Shown: piece after piece, positions 51,601 through 61,434 of the stretch
How the letters are laid out: each line of letters opens with the position of its first letter
How positions within the stretch are numbered: position 1 is the stretch's first letter
Assembly (NCBI RefSeq): GCF_001194135.2
Contig: NC_068983.1
Coordinates: 62,317,036 to 62,381,035, forward strand
Direction of reading: 5' to 3'
DNA length: 64,000 nt
Source: Octopus bimaculoides
Taxonomy: Eukaryota
The notes under the pieces: model-generated
Databases searched by the model: none
What the model saw: the letters and a program-made list of their open reading frames with translations, nothing else
Told to the model about the DNA's origin: nothing
Translations under genes and position numbers: made by a program

Positions 51601-51773
51601 TTTTGTACCGAGTATTTTTACTTAGGGATAAGAGAGAGAGAGAGAATAAATATGAAACATTATACCTGGTCATGTCCTTGGTCAGCAACAACAACAAACA
51701 TAGTGCGATGTTTTTTAGCCACACCATTCTCAATTAGTGTTTTGATACGGTTATCAATTTTCTTGCGAGTCAT
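11123..51773 (-). CDS. NAT10: NAT10 RNA cytidine acetyltransferase, complete gene span (26 coding exons, 3087 nt, 1028 aa)
   Basis: The spliced translation is colinear with known NAT10/Kre33. It has N-terminal MTRKKIDNRIKTLIENGV, Walker A AARGRGKSAALG, Walker B DEAAAIP, GNAT acetyl-CoA motif RIATHPDYQKMGYGSRAL, FWKRNGFVPVYLRQT and a Lys-rich C-terminus. Every intron is GT-AG and the exon phases sum to an open frame. Confidence 0.98.
12495..12655 (-). CDS. NAT10: NAT10 coding exon 25 (DAAAVEIKEEMRKK...LSQFAVKGDEDQWNLAL...SISIK)
   Basis: 161 nt, tttcag acceptor, GTTAGT donor; KGDEDQW matches the conserved RGDDEEW-like motif. Confidence 0.93.
12861..14084 (+). mobile_element. Full-length defective mariner (Hsmar1/cecropia-like), 1224 bp
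   Basis: 31-bp perfect TIRs tcaggtcattaagaatgaaatgtccaatttt; TA target duplication at 12859-60 and 14085-86; transposase pseudo-ORF from ATG 13050 with KKLDKWVPH, LQDN and HPPYPPDIVPTDYHIF, with many stops and frameshifts. Confidence 0.93.
14992..15090 (-). CDS. NAT10: NAT10 coding exon 24 (HLNSIVEKSVEQTLVKEHKITMEPVPQSLDDEL)
   Basis: 99 nt, taacag acceptor, GTAAGT donor; MEP..SLDDEL motif. Confidence 0.92.
16130..16390. repeat. Degenerate approx. 31-bp minisatellite (ttgctatgccaacaac...acacag)
   Basis: About 7-8 diverged units visible by eye. Confidence 0.6.
16432..16551 (-). CDS. NAT10: NAT10 coding exon 23 (ALLLGIGLQHKTVDDLEKNLGLAASQLLGLYNRIIRKVVQ)
   Basis: 120 nt, tttcag acceptor, GTAATC donor. 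Confidence 0.96.
16660..17390 (-). mobile_element. RTE-like fragment with (GAT)n 3' tail
   Basis: Tail sequence shared with other RTE 3' ends in the window; purine-rich decayed coding remnant. Confidence 0.5.
19090..19262 (-). CDS. NAT10: NAT10 coding exon 22 (LAKQELDFKLTVFDLKRLELYSQNMIDYHLIMDL...LSAVQQ)
   Basis: 173 nt, ttgtag acceptor, GTAAAA donor; tRNA-binding domain region. Confidence 0.95.
20536..20643 (-). CDS. NAT10: NAT10 coding exon 21 (DFRRRFISLCSYQFRFFSCSTALSILQQKHCKEEAV)
   Basis: 108 nt, ctttag acceptor, GTAAGT donor. Confidence 0.95.
   Translation of the reverse strand: MSVVVSFPCVLTSSVSSAAALHLVFSNRNTVKKKQ
21389..21497 (-). CDS. NAT10: NAT10 coding exon 20 (NDLTGEHSCIMLKTL...WLLSFWK)
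   Basis: 109 nt, tttcag acceptor, GTAATT donor. Confidence 0.95.
23415..23463 (-). CDS. NAT10: NAT10 coding exon 19 (FWKRNGFVPVYLRQTA)
   Basis: 49 nt, taatag acceptor, GTGAGT donor. Confidence 0.95.
23796..23918. repeat. Compound microsatellite (ATGT)n(GT)n(CT)n(AT)n
   Basis: Directly visible. Confidence 0.95.
26006..26139 (-). CDS. NAT10: NAT10 coding exon 18 (ELDLIVEKPVPRKNLPPLLLKLTERPPEQLDYMGVSFGLTADLLK)
   Basis: 134 nt, ttgcag acceptor, GTAAAG donor. Confidence 0.96.
26812..26928 (-). CDS. NAT10: NAT10 coding exon 17 (MGYGSRALQLLSQYYKGE...PVDEE)
   Basis: 117 nt, acetyl-CoA binding GxG, GTGAGT donor. Confidence 0.95.
27417..28272 (-). mobile_element. Four head-to-tail tRNA-SINE copies separated by (AAT)n
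   Basis: Copies at 27454-27666, 27681-27866, 27899-28113 and 28131-28246 (truncated). Confidence 0.88.
28273..28812. mobile_element. Unclassified 540-bp interspersed element flanked by (AAT)n on both sides
   Basis: One end recurs in reverse orientation at 5931-6005, also next to (ATT)n; no ORF, no tRNA head, no TIR. Confidence 0.6.
29118..29192 (-). CDS. NAT10: NAT10 coding exon 16 (FQDNDFASLSGVRVVRIATHPDYQK)
   Basis: 75 nt, first half of GNAT motif A, GTAATT donor. Confidence 0.96.
30030..30131 (-). CDS. NAT10: NAT10 coding exon 15 (MCLEGDISKAAVMSGLRQGKRASGDLIPWTISQQ)
   Basis: 102 nt, ttatag acceptor, GTGAAT donor. Confidence 0.96.
31420..31536 (-). CDS. NAT10: NAT10 coding exon 14 (NTPNDLQMLSDAPAHHIFVLLGPMESTKQALPEVLCVVQ)
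   Basis: 117 nt, tttcag acceptor, GTTAGC donor. Confidence 0.96.
32045..32390 (-). mobile_element. tRNA-derived SINE (third family)
   Basis: Minus strand starts gcatggctcggtggttagtgtg...gtagtgagttcagttccc (A and B boxes). Confidence 0.65.
33078..33325 (-). CDS. NAT10: NAT10 coding exon 13 (GRALYEVQLNESIRYADGDPVEKWLNDLLCLD...MSLYVSSHYK)
   Basis: 248 nt, ccacag acceptor, GTAAAG donor; inside ORF 33009-33347. Confidence 0.97.
34050..34660 (-). mobile_element. Decayed R4/Dong-like LINE 3' fragment
   Basis: NINWDCRS and NALRLAVLGSLDSIMR resemble the ILWDF and QKSALLGT..ILR C-terminal motifs. Confidence 0.5.
35024..35151 (-). CDS. NAT10: NAT10 coding exon 12 (YEGTGRSLSLKLIQQLRQQ...)
   Basis: 128 nt, cttcag acceptor, GTACGT donor. 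Confidence 0.95.
37468..37604 (-). CDS. NAT10: NAT10 coding exon 11 (Walker B DEAAAIP)
   Basis: 137 nt, YIHPTDAHKLGQAELVCIDEAAAIPLPLVKELIGPYLVFMSSTVNG. Confidence 0.97.
38303..38401 (-). CDS. NAT10: NAT10 coding exon 10 (EHIDYEIIQSSNPDFNKAIVRVNIFRDHRQTIQ)
   Basis: 99 nt, ctgcag acceptor, GTAAGT donor. Confidence 0.96.
39560..40075 (-). mobile_element. RTE 3' UTR/tail element with internal approx. 65-bp tandem repeats; related copies at 17420-17650(+), 19915-20045(-), 24255-24460(+), 26400-26640(+), 30830-31010(+), 35240-35415(+), 41107-41200(+), 41395-41695(+), 50281-50385(+)
   Basis: Shared ggatgcccttcctaacgccaaccac and gcatggaaagcggacgttaaacgatgatgat; the same tail terminates the RTE ORF fragments. 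Confidence 0.8.
40459..40552 (-). CDS. NAT10: NAT10 coding exon 9 (YSNIFVTSPSPENLKTLFEFIFKGFDVLEYQ)
   Basis: 94 nt, tttcag acceptor, GTAAGG donor. Confidence 0.96.
41221..41365. other. Assembly gap (others at 37274-37283 and 61612-61780)
   Basis: Runs of N. Confidence 0.99.
42212..42345 (-). CDS. NAT10: NAT10 coding exon 8 (helicase P-loop AARGRGKSAALG)
   Basis: 134 nt, AKGLLKFIDSVSEKTLRNTVVMTAARGRGKSAALGLAMATAVGFG, GTAAGT donor. Confidence 0.97.
43864..43971 (-). CDS. NAT10: NAT10 coding exon 7 (EESLTQSERELVALKESLQDTQPVGAIINCARTLDQ)
   Basis: 108 nt, tttcag acceptor, GTAAGA donor. Confidence 0.96.
45059..45173 (-). CDS. NAT10: NAT10 coding exon 6 (FLLSLTTCSQCLVIDNQYNILPLSSLTSTVTPLPKLSK)
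   Basis: 115 nt, gtctag acceptor, GTAATT donor. Confidence 0.94.
45895..46995 (+). mobile_element. RTE-clade LINE, 5'-truncated (RT C-terminus plus 3' UTR)
   Basis: VDSFRYL...IAARIRIGWAKYRELLPLL...LSLRVKGRLY; WYGHVMHMDEDS...RGRPRKTWDKVV. Confidence 0.88.
47116..47177 (-). CDS. NAT10: NAT10 coding exon 5 (DVHSRFRTESHQDVTGRFNER)
   Basis: 62 nt, caacag acceptor, GTATTC donor; too short for the ORF track. Confidence 0.95.
47501..47623 (-). CDS. NAT10: NAT10 coding exon 4 (DFEALTPNLLARTVETVEGGGLIVILLRTMNSLKQLYTMTM)
   Basis: 123 nt, near-invariant NAT10 motif, GTAAGT donor. Confidence 0.97.
47691..47915. mobile_element. piggyBac-type MITE, 225 bp
   Basis: TIR cccttttgttacca / tggtatcaaaaggg (13/14); TTAA on the right flank, taaa on the left. 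Confidence 0.65.
48390..48573 (-). CDS. NAT10: NAT10 coding exon 3 (HGHKKRMRKMQKK...TNIRYCYYKETHKILGNTYGMCVLQ)
   Basis: 184 nt, ttacag acceptor, GTAATC donor; overlaps ORF 48342-48584. Confidence 0.95.
50442..50533 (-). CDS. NAT10: NAT10 coding exon 2 (IVVLHHMLTKAEVKARPSVLWCYKKELGFS)
   Basis: 92 nt, ttccag acceptor, GTAAGT donor. Confidence 0.96.
50826..51246 (+). mobile_element. RTE-clade LINE 3' end
   Basis: MDEDSCVKKCHSLAVESTCRRGRPRKTWDEVV, then 3' UTR and gacgttaaacgatgatg tail. Confidence 0.85.
51666..51773 (-). CDS. NAT10: NAT10 coding exon 1 (MTRKKIDNRIKTLIENGVAKKHRTMFVVVADQGHDQ)
   Basis: ATG at 51773-51771; 108 nt; donor GTATAA. Upstream acceptor ttacag ends at 51800, so the exon includes 26 nt of 5' UTR. 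Confidence 0.96.
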
Positions 51774-54379
51774 TTTAAGATATCACAGTTTAATACCAGC
51801 TGTAAGAGAAAGAAAATTACTAGAGACAACAATTGGAACTGGTCAAATTAGACATTATGTTGCATTAGAGGGAACAGAGCTTTTGACTACCCTAAATAGG
51901 GAATTGCTTATTTTTTCATGAAGCAAATGTAATAACTTTAGCAAGAAATAAGTCTTCAAGCACAGAGAAAAGCAATAAAGCTGTCTGTTAGACCCAATTC
52001 TATGTTCACCAGTATGCAAAAAATTCTGAAACAATATGGAAATGTTGTTTCCATCACTCATTCTTTATTTTCATATTTAACTTAAAAGTTATTAATTTTC
52101 TTAATCTAAAGGAATTTCTTAGAATCTTTTACTTCTGAAGACAACATACCAACTGAATGAGAGTCCTGTTTTTCCCAGAATATATTTTCAGTATATCGCA
52201 CATTTATCACCAATACCTTTAGTCTGATGCCCATTGAACAGAAAAGGCTACCTTCTATGCCTTGGTTTCATGGTTTTTTTTTCCAATATTTTTAATGATT
52301 TATTTAGAGTAAATTTCAAATATAAGATTATTTTTATTCAATTTCTCTTGTCTTTCACAGTAGCAGCCAGTTTCTGCATTTTGTCGCAGTATACCTGTCT
52401 ACTTAAGATGGTTCAAGCAAAGTTCTCAATGCAGAATGAAAGACAAAATACATCCAGAACTTTGTGCCCACATGATTATGTGGTCCTGACATTTGTTTTA
52501 CAACTGCTTGGTTCCAGGTTTGATCTTACAGAGTTGTGTATTGAGCAAATAAATGTCATCTACCATAGACTTGCGTTGTTTAAGGCATTCATCATCATCA
52601 ACAACCACATAGAAGAAAAAACTCAAGTGGAAAGTTGCAATATAACTGAGTGTGTGTATTTTGCAGATGTATAATGGTGAGAAAACTAATAAAATTAGAG
52701 CAGATACAAATACCTTGTGGTATTTATTCTGGCTGAGTTACAACAAGCACTGCTGTCACTTTCATCAAAAGTGTAGTGAACTAGTGATTGGCCCATTAAA
52801 AACAACCAACAATGTTCTTCATTCATAGAATGTATCATAAAGAAAAAAGAAAGGTTATATACAAGTGATTTCCAACGTGAAGCCTGGGATCCCAAATTTT
52901 TCTCCACCACAAACAAACTACACCTATATTCAGCCTAGCCAAACCAATCCCTCCAACCACGCATACTATGTGATGACTGTTTGCTACAATATAGCACTAT
53001 TCTAATACACTAGTGCAGGTATTTCTGTAAAGAAAGTTTTCCAACCACCAGTGGAGTATACCTTCTTTCTGGAAAGTTATTTTGGGGTGTGGAGGAAAAT
53101 AGATTGGGAAACATTGTTATATGCCATTGTTATGATTGATGTAAAGACTAAAATTCTAGGCAGGAGCTTCTGGGGTTTAAGAAAATATCTGTTGCTGGAA
53201 TCATGTCTAAACGCTGGAATCATGTCTAAACAATGGAATCTAAGTGTTCCATAGCTGACTGCGCAATTGGCATTTTTGATGAATCTTTGAAACACAAATA
53301 CCTAAGCTTTAATAAAATGTATTAATTCTATTTTAGAGTTGAGAATGTTTCTTTTTATTATTTTCAAGTTATACTAAGTAATTAGTGATGGTGGATGGTG
53401 CCATTGCGGTGATGGAGGAAGGCAAGTTGTGAGGTCAGATCTTAAAATTTGAGTCTCAAAGACGACATAAGACAAAATAGTTGATTTGACTTGCAAATCT
53501 GTCACGGTAAGCTGATATGAAACGATGATTATATATATTAACCATAATAAAGCAGTTCTATGAGAAACTGACTAGAACACAGACTAATCAGTCCAGCAAT
53601 TCATCTAAATAACCCTTTAAACACATAATTTATTTATAATTTCTCGTTGTTTTAAAATTATTTTCTTTTCACAGTCACCAGCCTCAGACAACATACGCAA
53701 ATACCAAAAACAATTTGTAATCTTGTAGTGGATAAGTATCAGATTCATGTCTTTCCCAATGACATTTTTCAACCTAAGTGATGAGATTCCAGTTTCAGAA
53801 CTGGCGAGTCGATTCATTTATTAAATACTCTTATTAGTATTAAGATTTGGTGTCGAAGTAATAAAATAATAACACATATATAGCTAGAATAGCATAAAAT
53901 ACTCTGGTATAAATGTACATTTCTCGAACCAGTTAAATGCTACGATCGGCACATCCTCCTCCCTACATCTTAAACATTCAGAGCAAACACACCCAACAAT
54001 TTTTATAATTTAATGGTGCTTAATTGCAATTAGGCTATGTTTCGATTTGACTCTCAGAAAAATGAAAGATTGCCTGCAATTAAATAGAACGGACTGTTAG
54101 AAATTCTAGATGTTTTAAAGCAAATCAGCCCTGACAGAGCATATCTGTGAGCGTCCCAACTGTGGCCATCACGTCCCGACAGTTGAGCATTATGTATCAA
54201 AGACTGCATTATCCACTGTTTCCTTTTTTTCAAGGCGGCCAGGTATAGTATGAGGGCGATTTTTTGGTAGCTATTTCAAGGAGCTCGAGCGACCACATAT
54301 TGGCTCTCTAGTTAGTTTGGAGGAAATCGAAAGTTAATACCAGGAGTGTAACTCAATCAATTCCGAACACCCAATGTTC

Positions 54380-54800
54380 GGTAATGACGTGGCGTTATAA
54401 ATAATAAACACGTGAAAAGAAAAACATATATTTGTAAAGAACATAAGAAAACAATGAATGAAAGAGAATTATGACAAGAAGAAAATCTATGCTGAGTGAA
54501 ACTGAGACAACTCTAGTGTTTACTCCACGTGTTCAACACGTAGAAGTACCTAACCTATAATAAAAGGGTGAATTATGTAGTAAATAAGTCTCATATCCAC
54601 TCAAACCTGACATATGTAATAAAGAGCCAGTGTTCTACTACTCACGGTTATTGAAGGATTAGATATACTTCGTAAAAATCTGTATTTAACACATGCCGAT
54701 TATTTTATAAATACAATAACGAAGTTTGTATAGATTAAGATGAAACACCGGTTAAAGCGTTACTAAATGACATGCGCGACCGGAACATAATTTTGTTTTA
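54380..54800 (-). promoter_or_regulatory. Probable NAT10 promoter and non-coding first exon (approx. 54646-54790)
   Basis: GTGAGT donor at 54645-54640; local CpG enrichment; TTCCGG (ETS-like) and GCGCATG near 54770-54787; CACGTG at 54409 and 54526; TGACGT at 54385. The TSS is inferred, not observed. Confidence 0.45.
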
Positions 54801-57800
54801 GAGCACATGTTCGTTGCTAGTTAATTCTGATCGTGTATGGTATGTTGATAGTTAATGTCATTCCAGTCGTGACTATACCATCTTTTACGATATCTAGTAC
54901 TAAATTATCTAACCTGTCCTTTTCTTTTTAAAGATGAGTGTAGAGAACATTTAACTGTTTGTTCTAAGTGGAGAGCCTGCATAGAAGTTTTTTCGCTGTC
55001 TTGAAGGTTTGTTGTAGTTTCGGTATCACCGATCACTCTCGATTGAGCCGAGCTATGATGAAAAAAAATTCCTACCGTAACCATCCCATTTTTTAAAATT
55101 AGGTAGTGTGTGCCCAGGACCTCATTATCAAATGATCTTCATCTGAAGTAGTAGGGTGTGTTTTGATGGAAATATAGCTGCTATTTCTAGCAGTTCGTGC
55201 CATATGGTAGAAGATAATTTCTATATCGTTACTCAAAATAAATGTATACATTCATATAAGCATTGGAAAAAAAAATATTAAACAAGTTAAACTAAAGCGT
55301 GCCTGTAGCATATTTTACGAAGGGGCGCTTAATCTATCTTATCGATTTATAATTTTTTTTTAATGAATTCAAGAGCGTATATATCAGCGGGCATGGTGTG
55401 TTGATATGGGAAATGAATGCAAGAGTCCCACTGTTTATCATTTTACATAAAGCTTAATATTTGCCTGCTAACCGACCTGTCTTGTTTGAGACATTTAAAA
55501 GATAAACACTGGGAATGATAGCTTTGAAATGGTAAATTATTAAACAAATGAGTAGGCATTTCCCTATTGATCTCGATTTTATATCAAACCTAACCTAGAA
55601 ACACGAAACCTAAAAGTTAAAACATCACGTAAATTCACTAAGTACTCGTCCCCCGATACGCAATCCTAATATAATGTTCATTTGCTTTTGTGGTCTAACG
55701 TGAAAACGTGACTTAATTTAAAACTGAATTGAGCTAGAAATTTTGCATAAAGTAAAAGTAGAAACTCTTCTCTTTTACTTGTTTCAGTCATTTGACTGCG
55801 GCTATGCTGGAGCACCGCCTTTAGTCGAGCAAATCGACCCCATGACTTATTCTATCGGTTTCTTTTGCCGAACCGCTACCTTACGGGGACGTAGTCATAC
55901 CAGCATCGGCTGTCAAGCGATGTTGTAGGGACAAACACAGACACACAAACATATGCACACACATACATATATATACGACAGGCTTCTTTTCAGTTTCCGT
56001 CTACCAAATCTACTCACAAGGCTTTGGTCGGCCCGAGGCTATAGTAGAAGACACTTGCCCAAGGTGCCACGCAGTGGGACTGAACCCGGAACCATGTGGT
56101 TGGTAGTCAAGCTACTTACCACACAGCCACTCCTGTTTCTTACCTGCTTAAAAATACCTATATGATTTAATGGCGGTGGCGTAACGGTTTGTATAAATAG
56201 CCTTTCTACTATAGGCACAAGGCCTGAAATTTTGGGGAAGGGGACTAGTCGATCACATCGACCTCAGTGCTCAGCTGTTACTTATTCTATCGATTCCTAA
56301 CGGCTGAAAAGCAAGGTCGATTTCGGGGGAATTTAGCTTAGATCGTGAAGTCAGAAGGAGCATTCTGTTCGACATGCAACCGATTCTGTCAGTAACATTC
56401 TGGTTCGTTCAACGGATTTTATTTTATGAGAAATAAAACGATTACACTCAATTATTATATGATGAGTTAATGCATCAAAATAGAGAACTAAAATGATAAG
56501 TATTAGACTTGGAATGAAAACTAGTCAGACCTATTACGGTTGAGATCCATTCAGTTTGATTGTAATTTGTTTAATTTATCGTGTATTAGGTCTAAAAAGT
56601 ATCCTTAACATCTGATCAACTTTAAACAACCAGTCATTCATAAAAGTTGATTGCAATATAGTATTACCATAATAGGACAAGTACATAATCACTGAATTGG
56701 AATCGATAGCTTGCGAACATTTTAAATTAAAAGTACATTGGACCTACGAATAATTTCGTGTGTTGAATCAACCTTAAACAACGAATCTTTCATATAAGTT
56801 GAAAGGTAGTATAATACTCTGATAATAAAGCTTGTTGCATGGGTTCTCTCCCATATGCTACTCTTCGGTTATTCGGCATTGAAACTAACAGACTACATTG
56901 ACATTCTGGTCATTGAGCATCATTAGAATTTACGTCCTATCTGTTTTATTGATATACTGAAGCTCTTTCAGTATGTTCATCGTCATATTCTGTCGTTGAG
57001 GCGTAGATTTGTGTACCTCTGTAATACTGAAAAGGGTTTTGCTTGCAGAGAAAAGGAATGGTCATGCTCGTGCTGGGCACTGGTTGGCGCTCTAATACAG
57101 TGTTCTTGATGTACTAGGGAGGGGAAGAAGTGCCAAAATAGATAAAGAAAACGTTTAGTTTAGAAATAATGTATTCCAAACCAGATGCTATGTAAATATT
57201 CAAGATTAAGATATTTAATGACGGTCGGAGATTAACTTGATCCAAAGGCAGTGTATATGTAAATATTAAAAGCACAAAAAAGTTCATCACTGAAGATGTG
57301 GTTAATAGTATTAAAACATTTAATTTCACTAATAACTGACCTCCAACATTCAGAATCACTTGTTCCTGATTGTGGTACCTCTAAATGTAAAAGATATTCT
57401 TTAGTATTATTTTCACTAGATTTTAAGTCTCACTTCTAAATTACAAAAGATTTCTGTAGAATTTGTCATAGTATCATTGCATTAGTGAGTCTATGTGTTA
57501 GAATCTTCTTGTTCACTTTTCTGGCAATACTGATTATTAGTTAAACTTCCACAGCCCTTACCCTTAACTGTACTTAAGCCTTATAGGGCCATTGTGACGT
57601 TAGTTTCTCAGACCGAGTATTAGAATTGTAAAATGTCAGTCGTTTCAGTCTTCTGTCACCTTAGAAATGAAGTATTTATATGAATGTCGATGTGTTAAAT
57701 GAATTCTAGATTTGATATCAAAATATTTCTGTAAAGGACCTTCTGAAATACGACTGGGTGGCAATATTGATTTAGTGTAAGCTAAACAAGCTGCATCTTA

Positions 57801-60114
57801 GGTCTTCACTATCTACAGTGACCTCAAAATAATTGAAAGACATATATATTTCCAGTTATTGTGAGGGCTTCGATGTAATTTTTCAATAAGGATCATCCAA
57901 GATTTATATATCCTAGGATAATGATTTCCAACATAGAACTGCAACTGTAGGGTTTCGTGAAAAATAGAACAGTAGGATTTTGGGAAAAATGGAACTGTAG
58001 GATTTCGAGAAAAATGACAATGATGGTATGCGAAAACATCCTTCATTAATTTTTGCATTTAACACCGTATTTATTTTATTATGCATGCAAGGAATATATT
58101 TTAAGCTCGGCAAATCCTAGCATATGTAGGTATTAAGGAGAACCTATGGGCTGAATAACTTCCTAACAGGAATTGTTGGGAATTTTGACCTGATCAAGTT
58201 CTTTGTTTAGACGAAATTTCATAGAACTTCTTTGCCGATGTCTGATTCATTTAGCACTGCCAAGATAGTTTTATGATTTGTTTAATTTCTTTGAAATTTA
58301 ACTTTAGGAAATAGAAAGGAAAGGGTTAATAATGACACTTCACGCTGATATAGAATGCTTCAATGATCAAAAGCTTTGAAACACTCTGACACTAAGGACA
58401 TGTCAATTTAGTGTCCTTCAACAACATCAAGATACAAAATCACCATGCAAAATCCATCTCATCCTTATCCTTATGTGTGAACAATATATGCCCTTCTCCT
58501 TTCATACCAAAGGTACAACAAATGTAATCCTTTCTAATCTCAAATGGTGAATTCACGTATAAACTATGGTCGAACCAAGTGACAAACGTTGAACTTCTAA
58601 GTTCGAATAGCTGGATTTGGTAAACACAATTATGGAACGTTGCAATTAAATTCAAATGAATTTTAATTCGTATTCACGCACCTAATCCCGTTGAGATTTG
58701 GTTTCAAAAAATTAAGTAAAAAATAATTTGACATGTACAATATGATTATTTAAATATTCTTACCTTTAGTTATATTTCTCGGATGATTTGTTTTTCTTAA
58801 CAGATCCTTGTTTTGCAGAACTTTATCATAAAATTCCTTACAATGATGGTCTAGGTTCCACTTCTATTCTAACATGGATTATATTGTAGCCGCTTCCTAT
58901 TTATTTCGTTCTTTTAGCCAGTGATCACTTCTTAACTACAAAACGCACAACATATAAACATTATGAGTTGGTATGCTGACGAAATAAGTGAATGTATAAA
59001 AATTAGTAACTCTGAGAATTATTCTTTAACTTTAGCTTCTGGAAGAGGAGTCTTCCATTTTCCATTGCATAACTTCAGGTTTTTACATTCCATGTTCAAT
59101 AACAGTACATATGAGTCCACTTGCCTTTTGTTGGAAGAGTATTTGATAAGACCTACGGAAAAAAAACCATTAAAAAATGTTCAACAAATTTATTCCACGA
59201 GACAATCATAGTGTCATAATAATCATCCACTTCAAAGAGGAAATATTTTTTTCTGCTCAAACGTAAAGTTGTCATATTTAGGTAAACCTTGGCACGGAGA
59301 GGGATAAACTTATCATAGTGTCTATCGTTCACAGTTAACGAGTTTTTTTAAGCAATGGCGTAACCCAAAACAGTATTTGGTCTGTTTTAAGTTTGCTCAA
59401 TCCTATTGTTAAAAAATGATGAAAATAGTGAATAAGAAATAAGTAAGCTTCACTCAATCGATTATTGAAAAAATACCGAGAAGAATTTGCAGGTTCTTTT
59501 CTTTGGAATTACAGAAGAATTTCAGTGCTTTCAATGAAGAAAATATTTGCTTCGCTGCACTCACCGAGGAAATTCTATGCGTTTTAGAATGTGAGTGAAC
59601 AGAAGGATATTTATTGAACGGCAACCAAATCATACAAATCCTTCGAACAATACGAATGCTGAAGAAAAATACAAAAATATAATAAATATTTTTTTATGGC
59701 AGTTACTTCAACATCAACTGAGAGAATAGCAGCCGAATGAGCAGAACTGTACGGAATATGAGTTGGACAACCGAACTCCTATTCATGGAATCATTCATGC
59801 TTTGTTTTGAATTTCTATTTTTGATATTTACACATTTAGACAAATGACCAATTATTATTGTGTTTCCCTATCAAAAACATTTTTTTCATACCCAATTTTT
59901 AACTCGGCAAAACTTTCCGTGCAAAAATCTTAATGTAGTTTCCTAAGTCTCATTTAGAAGCAGTTTTACTAGTAATAAATTTATCAGTAAATCTTTCTTT
60001 CTGGGGGAAAAAATATGGCACATCGTCTTAGTTCATTAAAACTTACTTGTCTTCATAATAAGAAAACACCGCCTGTAAAAACTCTTTTATTCAATCATTC
60101 AAACTAAATGACTG

Positions 60115-60830
60115 ATGATGCTGGACAGTGTAGAAGGCCATTGCAACTTCTGCAGCTACTATTTTAGAATCATCTGTGGAATTCGAGGAAAATCTCTATC
60201 ATTTGTGCTTTACAATTTCCATATGCTATGTTTCTCAGCGCGCTCAATATTAAATGTACAATTATATATTCAACAATCAGCTTCAAAAACAACACTTTCC
60301 CTTCTTTAATAGACGTTCATTCTTTCGAATATTCATCCCGAAATTTATATTTGCATTTCGGTATTTCAGGATTAAATGAATTACTATTTACTTAGAGAAC
60401 ACTGATACATCTGTGACCTGCACAATATTAAATGGATAACGGATACATTGAGAACGCGTGCGGCAAGGTTGTCAGTTGTATCAGCCATGCAAACACGCAT
60501 TACAGCCTGGGAAAGACGCATGGGACAGAGTAACGTAGGCCATTTGACGTACACATCAGAAGAAGGAGAGTCACTAAGAGACAAAGTGTGTAGTCAGACT
60601 GGATCTATTTTGAGAATATTCCTGTGCGAGCCTTGGATTTATATCTCATGGATGAGAATACAGATCAATTTCTTCTGATATAGCATTTATGTTTATTCAT
60701 ATTACCTATTCGAGATGAAGCCTTTTCTCAGAAAGAAAGCATGAAGAAGAGAGAACAGCAAAGATATGATGAAACATATGAATATAACACATACGTATCT
60801 CAGAACAGGGAGAGTGAGTGTTTGTCAGTT
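60115..60830 (+). mobile_element. Possible highly decayed hAT (Buster/Charlie-like) transposase
   Basis: ICGIRGKSL (cf. VRWLSRGK.L), ITAWERRMGQSN (cf. KL.LW..R+...N), SWMRI (cf. WIRNPF) and TYVS-EQG (cf. TYLCEQGFS) occur in the expected order; weak similarity. Confidence 0.38.
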
Positions 60831-61434
60831 AGGATAGTCCTTGATAATTGTTCAAAAGCAGGAAAAATGTTTACGTTGAAATGTTATCAGTTAGAAGTCC
60901 GGCAGGACGCAGGAGATATCCCACAGCAACAGCAAGAGGTGGATTCGAAGGTTAACTGTTTCCTATAGCTGCTCATTAAACATTTGCATCTGTCAACAAG
61001 ATTTTATATCAATTTAGACTTGGCGCCAAAAGAAGATTACATGAAAGAGTTTTCTACATTCTCTTAGAATTACGATCAAGTAAGTCAGAATATTCTTGAT
61101 TTAAAAAAGACAACGTCAAATTATTTTTGATTTATGGAGACAGAGATTGCAGTAGGCGTTGATTGATTGACGAGAATTGGCCAGCTCTTCCAAACATAAA
61201 AGTCGTAAGGAAGCTGACTGTATATCAGTACAACGAGAACAAGGTGTGTAATATACATGTGCAATTGCTTGCAAGCTAGTAGTTCGACAGACTTAGTGCT
61301 ACATTAATGATATTTTAGAGAAATAAAAATTAATACAAAATTTTATAATTTACTTAAAAAAAAAACGGTTTCGAATACAGAACAATATGGTATCCTCATA
61401 ACATGAATATAAGACAAGAAATAAAAGTGATTAA

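Noticed and set aside
11214-54645. Intronic SNORD13/U13-like guide RNA (the C/D snoRNA that directs NAT10 to 18S helix 45)
   Set aside because: I scanned by eye for the antisense element CCTTGTTACGAC and for paired C and D boxes on the host strand and found no convincing instance. An Infernal search with the U13/snR45 models would be decisive. H/ACA RNAs cannot be excluded by eye.
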